A DNA stretch of 64,000 nucleotides from positions 6,510,001 through 6,574,000 of the forward strand of contig OU015567.1 of NCBI GenBank assembly GCA_907165135.1, written 5' to 3'. Position numbers and translations under genes: made by a program. Below the pieces are notes generated by a model, which did no database searches, was not told the origin of the DNA, and was given only the letters and a program-made list of their open reading frames with translations. How positions within the stretch are numbered: position 1 is the first letter of the stretch; every line of letters begins with the position of its first letter. The DNA is from Oikopleura dioica (Eukaryota; Animalia; Chordata). This document shows positions 51,109-63,200 of this stretch, piece by piece.

Positions 51109-52067
51109 TTTCTTGTTTCAGAAATTCGAAGTTCAAAAAGCGAGTAATCGGCGAGTTCTCGGCGGAGAATCGATATCTCTTTCTGATTCGCTTAGTGCTT
51201 CTCTCCTACATGAATATTATATATCATAGAACGTGAGGATCATTTTTGGCTCGAACTACTTGGTACGCCGCGATCAACCGTAAACATCGTTACTCACTTC
51301 TTCTTCTTCCAAGGGATTACTTTCGACACATTTCTAAAGGCCAAGAATTATTCATGATTTTTGAGTACTCTTCCTTGATTTCAATCACTTTCATAAAGAA
51401 TTCCTTGCCGGAATTTCGATTCGAGCAGTTCGTAGCTGAACTTTAATCCGGAATCAGGACATTCCATGACATTCTAGGCAGATGTGACATCTAAGATGTC
51501 ATCTGTGCTTCTTCCCAGTTTCAGGAAATCAAGGGCAGTCGACGAATGGCTCTGTCTACCACATGTGGCTTAGTCTATCTTAGACATCACGGCTGTGTCT
51601 GGCCCAAATCAAATTAAAAATTTGGTCAAAATTATATACGAGTTTTTCTTCAATTCTCCATTTTTTTTCATCGAGTTTCCATTCTGATCAGTTATTTTTA
51701 GAACTACAGTTGCAGCAGATCAAGTATTCAGAGTAAGTTGTTATGTGAACATTGCCAGCACGCATTATTGATAAAGAAAAAGCTCGAAAAGCGCGTATCT
51801 ATCTTACTTTGTTGAATAATAAATCCCAAGTTTCGAGGAGTCGAATACTTTCGCCCCTTTATTTTTGCTGATCTGCCACCGGTTATTTTTCAAGCCCACC
51901 TCGCGATGATCGAGAAAACTCCTTCGCGCAGGGCTACAATAACTGGACTTGAAAGAGAACATTCCTTGACCAGTTGGCGAAGGAATTTGAGGGAGTTAGA
52001 GAAGTCCCAAAGCCATAAACATTATAGCTTGAATTATCATAGAAGAAAATTTGGATTTATGAATTAA

Positions 52068-52820
52068 GGATATAAGCTATGAATTTGAACTTTCGTAGCG
52101 CCTAAATGCGAAGTAGGATCATTTTCATTTCAAAAGCAATCCTACCCAAAAATGCACGAAAAACTCAAATCTGGTACTTTTAAAAAATTTTTTATAGAAA
52201 ATTTTCTTTTTAGAGCGTTTTCAAATCTTACGATCTCGATTTCTCGAAATTTTTCCATTGAATCGCTAAAACTAAACCGTGTTTATTATTTCAATGATGT
52301 TAAGCTAGATAATTGACGGGCTTTTATTACGAAACTTCCTCAAATTTTCATTCTAGCGCTTTCCTCTTCCTTGCTCGTGTTTTTCTTCTTTTGTGCTTTT
52401 TCGCGTGCAACCAATCAAAGCGCTCCGCTCAACCGCGCCACTCTCACGGAAAAGAGGAGTCGAGAGAGCGAGCGCCCAGCGCGCCGCTTTTTACACTATT
52501 CGCGCGCTTGGTAAGCCTCATGGAAATGGCTCTAAAATCGGTTTCTGTCGGAATTAGGAAAAATTGATCCGTCAATATTGTAGATAAGGGTTAAGAGAAA
52601 TTATTTATCGAAAAAACTGGACCGATTTAGTGGAAAAATTTCGAGGAATCGCGATCGTAAGATTTGAAAACGCTCTAAAAAGAAAATTTTCTATAAAAAA
52701 TTTTTTAAAAGTACCGGATTTGAGTTTTTCGTGCATTTTTAGGTAGGATTGCTTTTGAAATGAAAATGATCCTACTTCGCATTTAGGCGCTACGAAAGTT
52801 CAAATTCATAGCTTATATCC
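52068..52820. mobile_element. 753-bp fold-back element with ~200-bp TIRs and TTAA TSD
   Basis: TTAA|GGATATAAGCTATGAATTTGAACTTTCGTAGCGCC... and the exact reverse complement ending GCTTATATCC|TTAA. Confidence 0.92.
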
Positions 52821-54390
52821 TTAATATAGCGATGTCTTTTTTCAAGGCGGACAAAAATAGCCTACACAAAAAAGGGCCAATAAGATTGCTGTATTTGGCC
52901 TCCCGGCCAATCAAAACCCAATCCAGAAAACCTAATGGATCTGATTGTATGGATCAGGGTTTTGATTGGCCAGCAGGCCAAATAAAGCAATCTTATTGGT
53001 CATCCAAAAATTCACTTCCATTTTTTGGTTTAGTCCCGTTTTTCAGAAAGGAAGACTTAGCCGTCAATATTTTCGTTGTTACTGTAGTAGCGACTTTGTC
53101 CAATTAGCATTTTTCTACACTGGATCCTTCATGTTAAATTGCCTTTTCGATAAACAGGCTCAATTAATATTTAGGGCAAATCCGCCTTATCCAAGTTGAT
53201 AAATCCACAAAGAGAGCAGCAGCACCCGAGTTTGGCCAGCTTTCGGCACGCCGCAAGAGGCCTCGATTACCAGTAAGTGACAGCTCTCGCTCAATTATGC
53301 TCTAATCTCGACAATCTCAAATCGCACCCTAGTAAATAAATTATTTATTCAGAAAAAGAAACGGTTTCCAGTGAGAGCTCAAAGTTTTCAAACGACACTT
53401 AGTTCCGTGCATTTATTTTTCTTTCTCAAATTTATTCTGTTGCTGATTAATTTTTCATCAACGAGGAAATTCAAAGGGTACAAACTTTGTTCTGCAAAGT
53501 TATTCAAACAACGAAAGAGAAAAGAGCTCGAAGATAGGGTAAAGCTTTTACTCGCTGCGAAGAAATTTCTGAAGGAAAGAGATTTTATAGTAGACTAGTG
53601 GGGATAGTAGGGGTGTCCTCCTTAAGTGCCTTGACAAAAAACTCTCGAATGGAGAACAGTTTTAGCTCAAAGCCTAAGCTTTCTCCTGGAAAAAAATAAG
53701 GGTTTCCCTCGACTAAAAACCCAAAAATAGCTTGCTCCGAGCAACCTGACCTTTACCGGCCTGTATATCCTTAATTTGTTCATCATAAAGGAAAAGGATG
53801 CAGTCAAGGGCAGGATCTAAAAGTTCCAATTAAAATTAAGGGTGTATCTAAGATAGTTTCGGAGAAAAACTTGCTCTTGGGAGGCCTATTTTAGCAATTC
53901 TTGATGGGTTTATCCAGTCATTGAAATTTCTGAAAAAGGAGCAAACAACAGTAGAATCAACAACCTCTGATAACACTCGCTCTTCCATCCGCCGCGGACC
54001 CCAAGATCATGATCGTCTCGCTTCCCAGGCGCAGTTCTCTGGAGACGGAAATATAGGTACTCTCTTGTCTCAAGCAGCTTGTTTCAATACACTGTAGATC
54101 AATCTGCATAATGATCATAAATGTTAACAGACTCTCTTGATCTCTTTGAATATTCAACAATGCGGCGTACTACAGTTCGGACCGCGTTCACAGAAGGCGA
54201 TTATTTAGTCATAAAGACGAGTATCCAGAACTAAATTACTTTTTTTTTTCATCGAAGTTCAAATGAAAGTGCAAACAACTTGACCTTCGATTGAAAATGA
54301 AGATGAAAAAGAGAGAGGAGCATCATTATTTTTACAAAAGAGAAAAAGGGATCATTGCTTCAAGTTAAATTTTTCTTCAATTGCTTTTTA

Positions 54391-54951
54391 GATGAAATGG
54401 CTATTGCCAGGCTCCTGACGATCGGTGGGGAAAAGGAGATACATCCTTATATAAGGCCTGGTCTGTGCACGATCATATTAGGTAAGAGAGAAACAACCCT
54501 TCTTTCCTTACTTTCTCCCAGGAATTTCGGTCTTTATTCTGACCCCTGCCGTCTCAACTCTTTTGAACAAGTCGATCAGAAGCTACTGCCCAGAGCCAGA
54601 GAGCGAATTTGTCGACGAAGAATGCGAATATGTCTCTCAAAAACTCCGTCTTGGTGTCAAAGGTACTTGGAATTTCCAAGCCGCCTTTCATTGTTTATTC
54701 AAACTCAATTCCAGTGCTTTCATACGTCGGCTGGTCGCTTTTTGGGCTTGGTCTTGGCATGACGATTCTCTCCGCCTGTCAGGTGTGGTGTAGAAAATGG
54801 AGGAAAAGACTGTGTTTTTTTTTAGCTTATTCGAAACTCGGCGGAATTTAGAGAATCAATACGGAACGAGTACATTGAGTCGCTGAAAGAATCCAACAGA
54901 TACAGGCTTGAGAGGGCCTCTTCTACAGGAGTTATGGTCTCATCCCTTTAA
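54391..54951 (+). CDS. Small two-TM membrane protein of unknown function (5' end unresolved)
   Basis: In-phase exons: GLCTIIL|GISVFILTPAVSTLL..CPEPESEFVDEEC..GVK|VLSYVGWSLFGLGLGMTILSACQ|LIRNSAEF..VSSL*. Confidence 0.6.
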
Positions 54952-55139
54952 AAATGATCCATTCGGAGCATGAAAGATTAACCATGAAAAAGAATCATAC
55001 TCGAAATCGAAGCTTTCGCGAATGAAGGACACCTTGACATCTTTTAATTTCTACAAAACCGTTTTCTTCGTCGATTCAAAGACGGATTACTAGAAATTTC
55101 AAAACCTAAGGCGATTTTTTTTTTCATTTAAAAAATCCG

Positions 55140-55414
55140 GCAAAGGCGATGCTCTGTGGAGAAAAGAACTTATGATCAGAGAAATTCACAAGCAAAAGGA
55201 ATTGACGACCCAGTTCAGTTTGCAAGACGATAATATGAGGACAAATCCGTACTTTCAAATTTCACTCATGTAAGTTTCTCCCCATTTTTCGCACGAAAAA
55301 TATCCTAGAAATCGACTGAGGCTGGAAAAGCTTATAAACGACATTGCAACAGGCCAAACTGAGACGGAAAAATTTCCAGACAACGAAACGATTGTCAATT
55401 ATTATACTGTCTAA
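55140..55414 (+). CDS. Probable exons of an unknown gene
   Basis: GDALWRKELMIREIHKQKEL..PYFQISL|..NRLRLEKLINDIATG..VNYYTV* across a GTAAG..TAG intron. Confidence 0.35.
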
Positions 55415-55584
55415 AATATTTATCTCAAGCTCTTGAATAAATTTGAGAGGTTACTAAAGTGATGCCTGTTTAAGAAGGAAGCATGAAATCGCAGGTGGCG
55501 CTAGTGAGCTTAAAAAAAGGTTACGTCATTCAAGTTTTTGGTGGAACGTGTCCCTACATTTGTCCAAAACACAAAAAAGAAAAG

Positions 55585-55974
55585 ATGAAGCTCTTTTTAA
55601 TACTCGTAACAGCCGTTTTCGGGAACCAAAAATTTGACATGAAAAGTTTTCAGAGATTTATGAAAGTGAAACAGATGAAGGAAATGAAAGAACTTGGAAT
55701 TCCGCTGAGAGAAATTCTTGTTCAAAACGCAATCGCTCGAAATTTGCCGAGTTCCTTTTCAACCTTCCTCATCAACAGGCGAAAAATAAAGAAGAAAAAG
55801 AAAGAGATCGAAGAAATGACAAGGCCGAAATGGGTGAAAGTCGAATTGGAAGCTGAAAGTTTCTCGGTAGTGAAGAGCTCTTTCAGAAGTTGGCGAGATG
55901 GGAAAGTTGGAGACTATGCGGACTCTTCACTTGCTCTTTTCACAGATGAAGGACTAACAAGTCGAGTTCAGTAA
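55585..55974 (+). CDS. Possible secreted basic protein
   Basis: Signal-like MKLFLILVTAVFG, 129-codon frame ending at a GTAAGT donor or stop. Confidence 0.45.
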   Translation: MKLFLILVTAVFGNQKFDMKSFQRFMKVKQMKEMKELGIPLREILVQNAIARNLPSSFSTFLINRRKIKKKKKEIEEMTRPKWVKVELEAESFSVVKSSFRSWRDGKVGDYADSSLALFTDEGLTSRVQ

Positions 55975-55990
55975 GTGATTTCGGATAAAT

Positions 55991-56515
55991 TTAGCCCTGA
56001 AAAGGGCTAGATGTAGATTGAGAAGGTCGATCGAATTGTAGGTTTGTGATCCTTTGTAGGATTGATCCGGGTCTTCTTGTTTTTTTCATGCATGTATTTC
56101 TTGCATTCTGATACCACGCAGCAGGTACTACCCCGATGCGTGCTAGCCTCGAAGCATTTTCTGCCAAGAGTGACTCTGGCAGCATTTTTCGCTGTTTATA
56201 TAAACATGCCTGGGAAGCACAACTGTATCTAGAATAAAAAATGCTTTCCTTCTCGTTATCACTTGAAAACGGCCGTTTTTTCTCTAGATAAAATTGACGG
56301 GCTTCCCAGGCAAGAATTAATAGAAAAATTTTGTCTTTCATCATCAATTCAGTCCTGGATTCGAATTCGTAATACCAGATCGTGTCTTCGTAGCTGTCAA
56401 AACGACTTATGAAAACTTCGCCGTTGAAAAATGCTTGGCATTTCCGGAAAATGAAGACCCTGAGAAAATCCACTGGACATTGATTGACGCCAATTTCGTT
56501 GACGAATCCGTTCAA
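55991..56515 (-). CDS. 174-codon open frame of unknown function, convergent with the previous gene
   Basis: Long open frame in AT-rich DNA; no motif recognised. Confidence 0.35.
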   Translation of the reverse strand: MNGFVNEIGVNQCPVDFLRVFIFRKCQAFFNGEVFISRFDSYEDTIWYYEFESRTELMMKDKIFLLILAWEARQFYLEKKRPFSSDNEKESIFYSRYSCASQACLYKQRKMLPESLLAENASRLARIGVVPAAWYQNARNTCMKKTRRPGSILQRITNLQFDRPSQSTSSPFQG

Positions 56516-57274
56516 AAGTACCCATCAGGAACAGCTCTTCATATCTCATTTTTGGTATTTTGAAACAGCATTCTTTTCTGTCGTGTTTTGAAATTTACAA
56601 ACTAAGACTGTAATTGAGCTGAAGAAAAGAAAGAAGAAGCTTCGTCTTTTCGTTTGAGTCATTTCAATTTCGAGACTTTCCAGGGCCCATTGGCGTGTCA
56701 TGTTCGATCAAAATTCTGAAATAGAACGTTTGAGATTTTAATCCAAAGGATCATGAGATTCATGTCATGATAGCTCGTGAGCGCCGGAAGCAAAAAAGAG
56801 AGCTGGAATTTGGTTGCACAAGACTTTTCGCCCGCTCGATCCGACGTGTCTTATCGCAAGCTTTGTTTTATCTTGCTGTCTTTTTTACACTGTATTTTGT
56901 TCAATAAAGGATATTTTTCATTTTTGAAACTTTCGACTTTTTTCGTTCTTGATTCCAAAAATAGCAACTTTTGTAAAAATATTCGGCCGTGACAGGACAG
57001 GCCATCAATTATTTATTATTCTGAGACATAGTGTGTATTACACAAGCCAACTGGACCATAGATTCTAAGGGGGAGGTAGCCGCGCACCCTGTGCAAGAGC
57101 CCCCCAGTGCATCGCAATTGCAGTCTGCATAAAAATACAAAAACGAAGAAGGGAAAGAACAAAATCGACAATAAAATTTAAGAGATAAAACAGACAAAAA
57201 AGGGCGAAAACTCTCCTCGAAGCAACAAAAAAATCAATTTTCAAATCCGTTTTTTTCGAAGCTAGAATCTTCAA

Positions 57275-60200
57275 ATGCCTGTGAAGGTTCGCTCATAACC
57301 CCGAGTGTTGTTTGACCGATAATTCTAGCTCTGCACCGAAGTCGGCTTCAAAGGCGACAAGAAAAAGTTCAGTGGGGCTGTCGACAATCTCGCGAAGAGG
57401 CAATTCTATGGACAAGTCAAATCTGTTATGGTAATATTTCAAGAAGAAGTTGCTTTTTAGATGTTTGGATTCTATATTTGAAGATCGGGTGTACAGTAAA
57501 ATCGTAGTAGGTGGGTGTTAATATCTGCTGATGGGGAGCGGCTGTGAGGTCGTCGACCTCTCATGCTTTTGACGCGCTGGATTCAGAAGAACCATAAATA
57601 TTCGCGTTTATTGTTCCTTAGATTGTGTTAGACATGGGTCCATATTGATCGCCGTGTAAGATACCTTCTTTATTCATAATCCAGGAAGTTCCAAGATAGG
57701 ATCAGAAGGATCCACTTTCAAGATCAAAATCAAGAATTCCCTGTCGCTTCCGGTTTCTCGTCAAGCTCATCAAAAAAGCTGACGAGTGAGAAACTCGAGT
57801 GAGAATGAAATCAACGATAGAATGAGCTAGATGCTCTATTTTTCGAATAGTCTAATTTTCTTGCTAGCGTTGGCAATTCTCTCGGTCGTCAAAGATGAAA
57901 TAGAATGAGACGATGATTGATTGACGAGAATACTTCAGTGGCTTTGCTTTTCAACAGCTTTTAAATTCTGTCTTTCAGATTGATGGCAATAGACCTTGGG
58001 TCTTCTGCGCCGACTTTGATTTCCGTGGAAAGGCGGCTTTGATTGAGCCTGGAGAGCATGCTGATATTTCCTCGGTAACAATAATTCCCTCGAATGAAAT
58101 TTAATCCTCTGTCAAGATCTGCAACTTCAAAGTCAAGTCGATGTGCGAGCTGATAGATACCGACCGAGAAAAGCAAGGAAAGCTTGAAATCGTCGTTGAA
58201 GATGCCGAAATGAGCGTCACTGTGTTGTGATCGCGAATCTGCCGATTCCCTTATTTGGAGATTCGCCTCGTGCACCTGCTGTTCATAACCTTCGCCGGCG
58301 CAAGCCTCGTTTTCTGTTCACTCTTTAACTTGAAAACTAGCCTAATATACGCTTTTATAAAAAAACCGCGGATAATTGCTCTCCAATTCTTTTGCAAGGC
58401 AAATCGTTACCACAACATACTGGTACCAGGAAAAATCGACCCCACGGTCCTACAACACCCATTCCCAGCCAGCCATCTAGAGAAGCTAATTTGGGAAGAA
58501 AATCATCTTGGTGGACCAATTCGCCGAGAAGCAAACGCAAGTTGTGGTTTCAGCCAATCACGTGGATTAATCCTGAGCGGGAATCAAACCCTCCACGGAG
58601 GTCACTCAGCAATTTCGAAACCTATCGAAATTGAAATCTGAGTGCACCAATAAGGTAACGCCATTCAAAAGAGTCACCTAACTGCTTTTCGCCATGTCGC
58701 TCGAAACTCTCAAATGGATCCGAGAAACGATCGCTGAGCTAGATGAAGAAATAACGGCGCTCAATTCGCCAAATTCAGCAGCCACAAAAGAGAAAAAAAG
58801 AATTACAGAAGAAACTCAAGGCAAAGCTGGACATCGCCATCGACGGGATCAAAGTGGAAGGTAACGAGTTAACCAGAGAGCAGGCAAGTGCGGTCAAATC
58901 CGCGGAAAATGCCCTGAACGAATTAACATACAGCGGGCGAGATTTCGATGAAACATCGGTGTTCACTTCCAAAGTAACACAAATTTACGAAATTTATATC
59001 GCCGATGACCCAAAATTGCACGAAATCTTCGCGTCAAAGGTTAAGCTGCGCTTCAGCCCTTCAATTTACTCGCGGCTTAAAAACGCAACAAAATCGACGA
59101 AAACTTGGATTGAGCTGCGCGAGTGGTTAAATTTAACATACGATTCGGGATTATCAGCGCTGCAACTCTTAACAAGAGTAATGGAAACGCAATTCGACGA
59201 AAATTCACCGTGGAAAAAGTACGCGCAGGACATAGAAGATCGTATGGAGCCGGCTAAAGCCGCTATTTGCGCTCAAATCCGCCGAACCAAAATGAAAAAG
59301 AACCCGGGCACACAAGAAAACGACGATACTAATGCTCCAACCGCGGATGACATATTCGACTTCGTTTCTGCGAGCATTATCGCGGGGCGATTGAAAGTCA
59401 CGAAACCTTCGGTGCACGCACACATGGCCAATGAATGGGCTCAAATCTCAGACGCTCAAACAATCGCGACAAAAGTCGAATTCCTGATTTCTCAAACAAC
59501 CAATCAGGGCGGATCAGTATTTTTCGCACGCCAGAGCCAGAAACCAAAGTCAAAAATGCCAATATGCAAGTATTTTGCCTCTGGGAACTGCAGAGTCAAA
59601 AACTGCAGATTTCGTCACGAGAAACCTAAACGACAAGAAGACCGCGGTAAGAAGACCAACACTTTCGTTGCTCAAGCAAATGAAGAAGAACGTCTACCAG
59701 AGGAAAATGAAGCGTCGGTTTTTCTATAAATGCTGGTAATGAGTGCGAATTATCAGCATGCTTATCGTGCAGCACAAATATCACTAATTCTTTCTTCAAC
59801 ACAAAAATTACACTTATGATGAATGGATTTACACTAAAAGTCACTGCATTGGTCGACAGCGGATCTGACAAATGTATTTTGCCAATGCATCTCCTTCCAT
59901 CGTCACTTCACAAGTTTATCGAGCCAACTTCAATGGAATTCCGCGGATGTGGAAGAATAAAATCAATTGGTAGGATATCCGCAATAGTGAAAGCTCACCA
60001 ATCAAATTACAAATTCCGCGGTGTATGCTTTTACATCGTGAGAGAAGGTTTGCCGGCAATCCTCGGCAAAGATTTTATCATAGGGCACTCAAGCAGCGAG
60101 CACGGAAGCTTCAAAATTGCCGGTTATGGAATGGAAATAATGATTCACTCTGGCCGAAGGGTCCTATTCCCTTGGTCAGAAGTCAACGCGCTGTTTAGGA

Positions 60201-63200
60201 TGGAAGCCAGCAAATTAACGACGCAGCAAAAGGTGGAACTACTGGAGAAAACGAAAGAACTAAAACTCGACAACACAATTTTCAAAGGTGAAAATTTCGA
60301 ACGATTCATCAATATCCTCTTCCGAAAGCAAAAAGTTTTCAAAGGGCCAAACGATAAAGTAGGCCTGTTTTCGGAGCAAGTGAGGATCCCGACAATCCCT
60401 GGATTAACGAAAAGCGCTCGACCGCGGCCAATAGCCAAACATCTGCAACCGAAAGTAGATGGTAAGATGGAAACGATGCTCAATGGGAAGATAATCGAGG
60501 AGTGCCCCGACGGAAAGGGTTTTCACAGTCCACTAGTCATTGTCCCTAAAAAGACGACGATATAAGAGTATGCTCCGATTTCAAGTCCGGGCTTAACCAG
60601 TGCCTCACAGAGGAGACGGACATCTGGAACGTGCCAAATATAGATTGTTTGTTTGCGGACATTGAGACTGGAAACCACATCTTCTCTGACATTGATATAA
60701 ACGCGGCATATTGGAACATGGAAATCCACCCAGACGACCGACATAAAACGAATTTTTATTATAAGGACAAGTTGTATCAGTACATCAGAATGCCGTTTGG
60801 AATGAAACACAGCGGCGACGCATTTTGCAAATGTGTCGCAAAAATGCTAGGGACGGTGAAGCTACAAAACAACTTCAAAAGCTATGTGGATGATATATTG
60901 CTACATAGCCGTGACGAAGAAACGCATCTTCAGGTCTTGGAGCAGGTTTTGGATGCCTGTGAAAAATTCGGCGTCAAGCTGGGGGGAAAAAAGTGCAATT
61001 TCGGCCGGCGATCAACAAAATTCATGGGCCGACAAATTTCCGCGGAAGGGATAAGCATCCCAGAAGAAAACATGAAAGCAATAAAGGAATTGCAGCCACC
61101 GCGGAACAGGAAGGAATTAATGTCAGTCCTCGGAACCCTTGGTTGGTGGAAAAGCTGGATCTCATGCAACGTTGGTGACCGAGTGGCCATCAACTCATTC
61201 AGCTCAATCGTCAAAGAAATGTCTGTGCTGAACAGGCAAAATAAACCATTTCAGTGGAATGACGACGCTCAAGCGAGCTTCGATAACGCAAAAAGGATCT
61301 TGGCAAGTAATAAGGTATTTAGTCTCCCTGATTTTTCTCGACCATTTGTGGTCGTTTGCGATGCATCCAAAGTGGCTATTGGAGGAGCCATTATGCAAAA
61401 ATTCGGCAACAAACAAAAACTGATCGCCGTTTATTCGAAAACACTGTCGTCAACAGAATCGAAATGGTCAACGACGGAACGAGAAGCTTTCGCACTATTG
61501 ATGACAATCGAGAAATTTTCATATTATTTGGAGGGAAAGCCATTCTTATGCCTCACCGATCACAAAGCTTTATGCGCCTTGGACAAGAAAATAATGGCAA
61601 ACGACAAGCTCCAAAGATGGCAAGATCGACTCAGTAAGTTTCGATTTATAATTCAGTACATTAAAGGACAAGACAATTGTCTGGCAGATATATTGTCACG
61701 ACCGTGGCACAAAGTCTGTGCGAAAAACGAAAAACCAAGCGACGAACTGGCAGGAAAATTCTACAATCCGGCCGGAGAGAGCGACCTCATAATTTATATC
61801 CCGTCATGGTGCGGTGGAGGAAGTTTACCACAGAAAATGCTCCTCGAAAACAAAGAAGTCGCCGCGGAAATTTATGCTTTAAAATCAGCTGCCACAGGAG
61901 TTCTGAGCGAAAATGTACCTATCCTGGAGCTGCGGATAATTGAAAATGCTCAATCAGAAGATAAACTCATAGGTACAGTAAAAAACTTTGTAGAAAACAA
62001 AATATCCGCGGAAAAATGGCAAGTCCCAGATAGTCTTTACGGCATAGAATCATACAAACGCTGGTCGAAAAAATTGGAAATCCATCCGGAGAGTAAAGCC
62101 TTGACGATCAACTGGGGGGGAAAAGAAGTGCCTTGTGCTTCCCAAAAGCCTTATTCCTCACTATTTAAAAGCTGCTCATCACAAAGCGCACACCGGAGTT
62201 GATCGAACAAGGGAATTGCTATCATGGTCGTGGTGGCCCGACCAATTGGACGATATCCGCGGATTTGTCTCAAGTTGCGACATTTGCCTGAAAAGAAAAG
62301 GCCAGGACATGCAGAAAGGTAAACCAGATATGCAGACTCTTTACCGTGCCAAGCGGCCATGGGAAATCATTTATGTCGACTTTATACAACTCGAGCGATC
62401 GAAAACCGGTAAATCATACGCATTAACCATTATGGATGGATACAGTCGTTTCTTGTCGGTTTATCCGACTGCGAGGTGCCGAGCAAGTGACGCTGCTCGC
62501 CAAATTATGCGTCACATTCTATTGTACGATTTCCCGAAGATTATCAGCAGCGACCAAGGTAAACATTTCCGAAATGAAATGCTGAGTGAGCTTTGTCATT
62601 TGCTTGGAGTCAAGCAGAATTTACATGTTCCTTATCGCCCGGAAAGTACTGGATGCCTAGAACGATCACACCGTGTTCTCAAAAATGCGTTATATGGAAT
62701 CGCCTTGGAACGAAATCTGTGTTGGGAATTAGTTCTACCATCAGTGGTGAGTACTATGAATAAATGCAAAAATGTGGCAACGCGCGTCTCGCCATTCGAA
62801 ATTATTTACGGAAGAAAACCTTCGTTCGACGGAATACAAATGGCCGAAAACCCATCCGCGGATTCTCCAAAAACGTACGCCACTGAAATAGCCGCGACCC
62901 TAAGCCGCGTCCACAAGCTCGTCGATTTAGCTCAATCGGAAGCAGACCTCGTCGCTAAAAATAAGGGAAAATCTATAATTGAACCAATAACGATAACCAA
63001 AGGCGACAGAGTTCTGCTAAAAAGACCCATGTCCGCGGAAACGAAGGAGAGCAAGGGCGCTTGGAATGGACCCTTTGAAGTGGTGGACACTAATGGCGTT
63101 ATAGTTCGACTGGACATTAGTGGAAAGCTCAGTTGGGTACACCGACATCACTGTATTCTCTACAAGGACCGTCCACAGCACCTGGACCCGGATTATTGCG

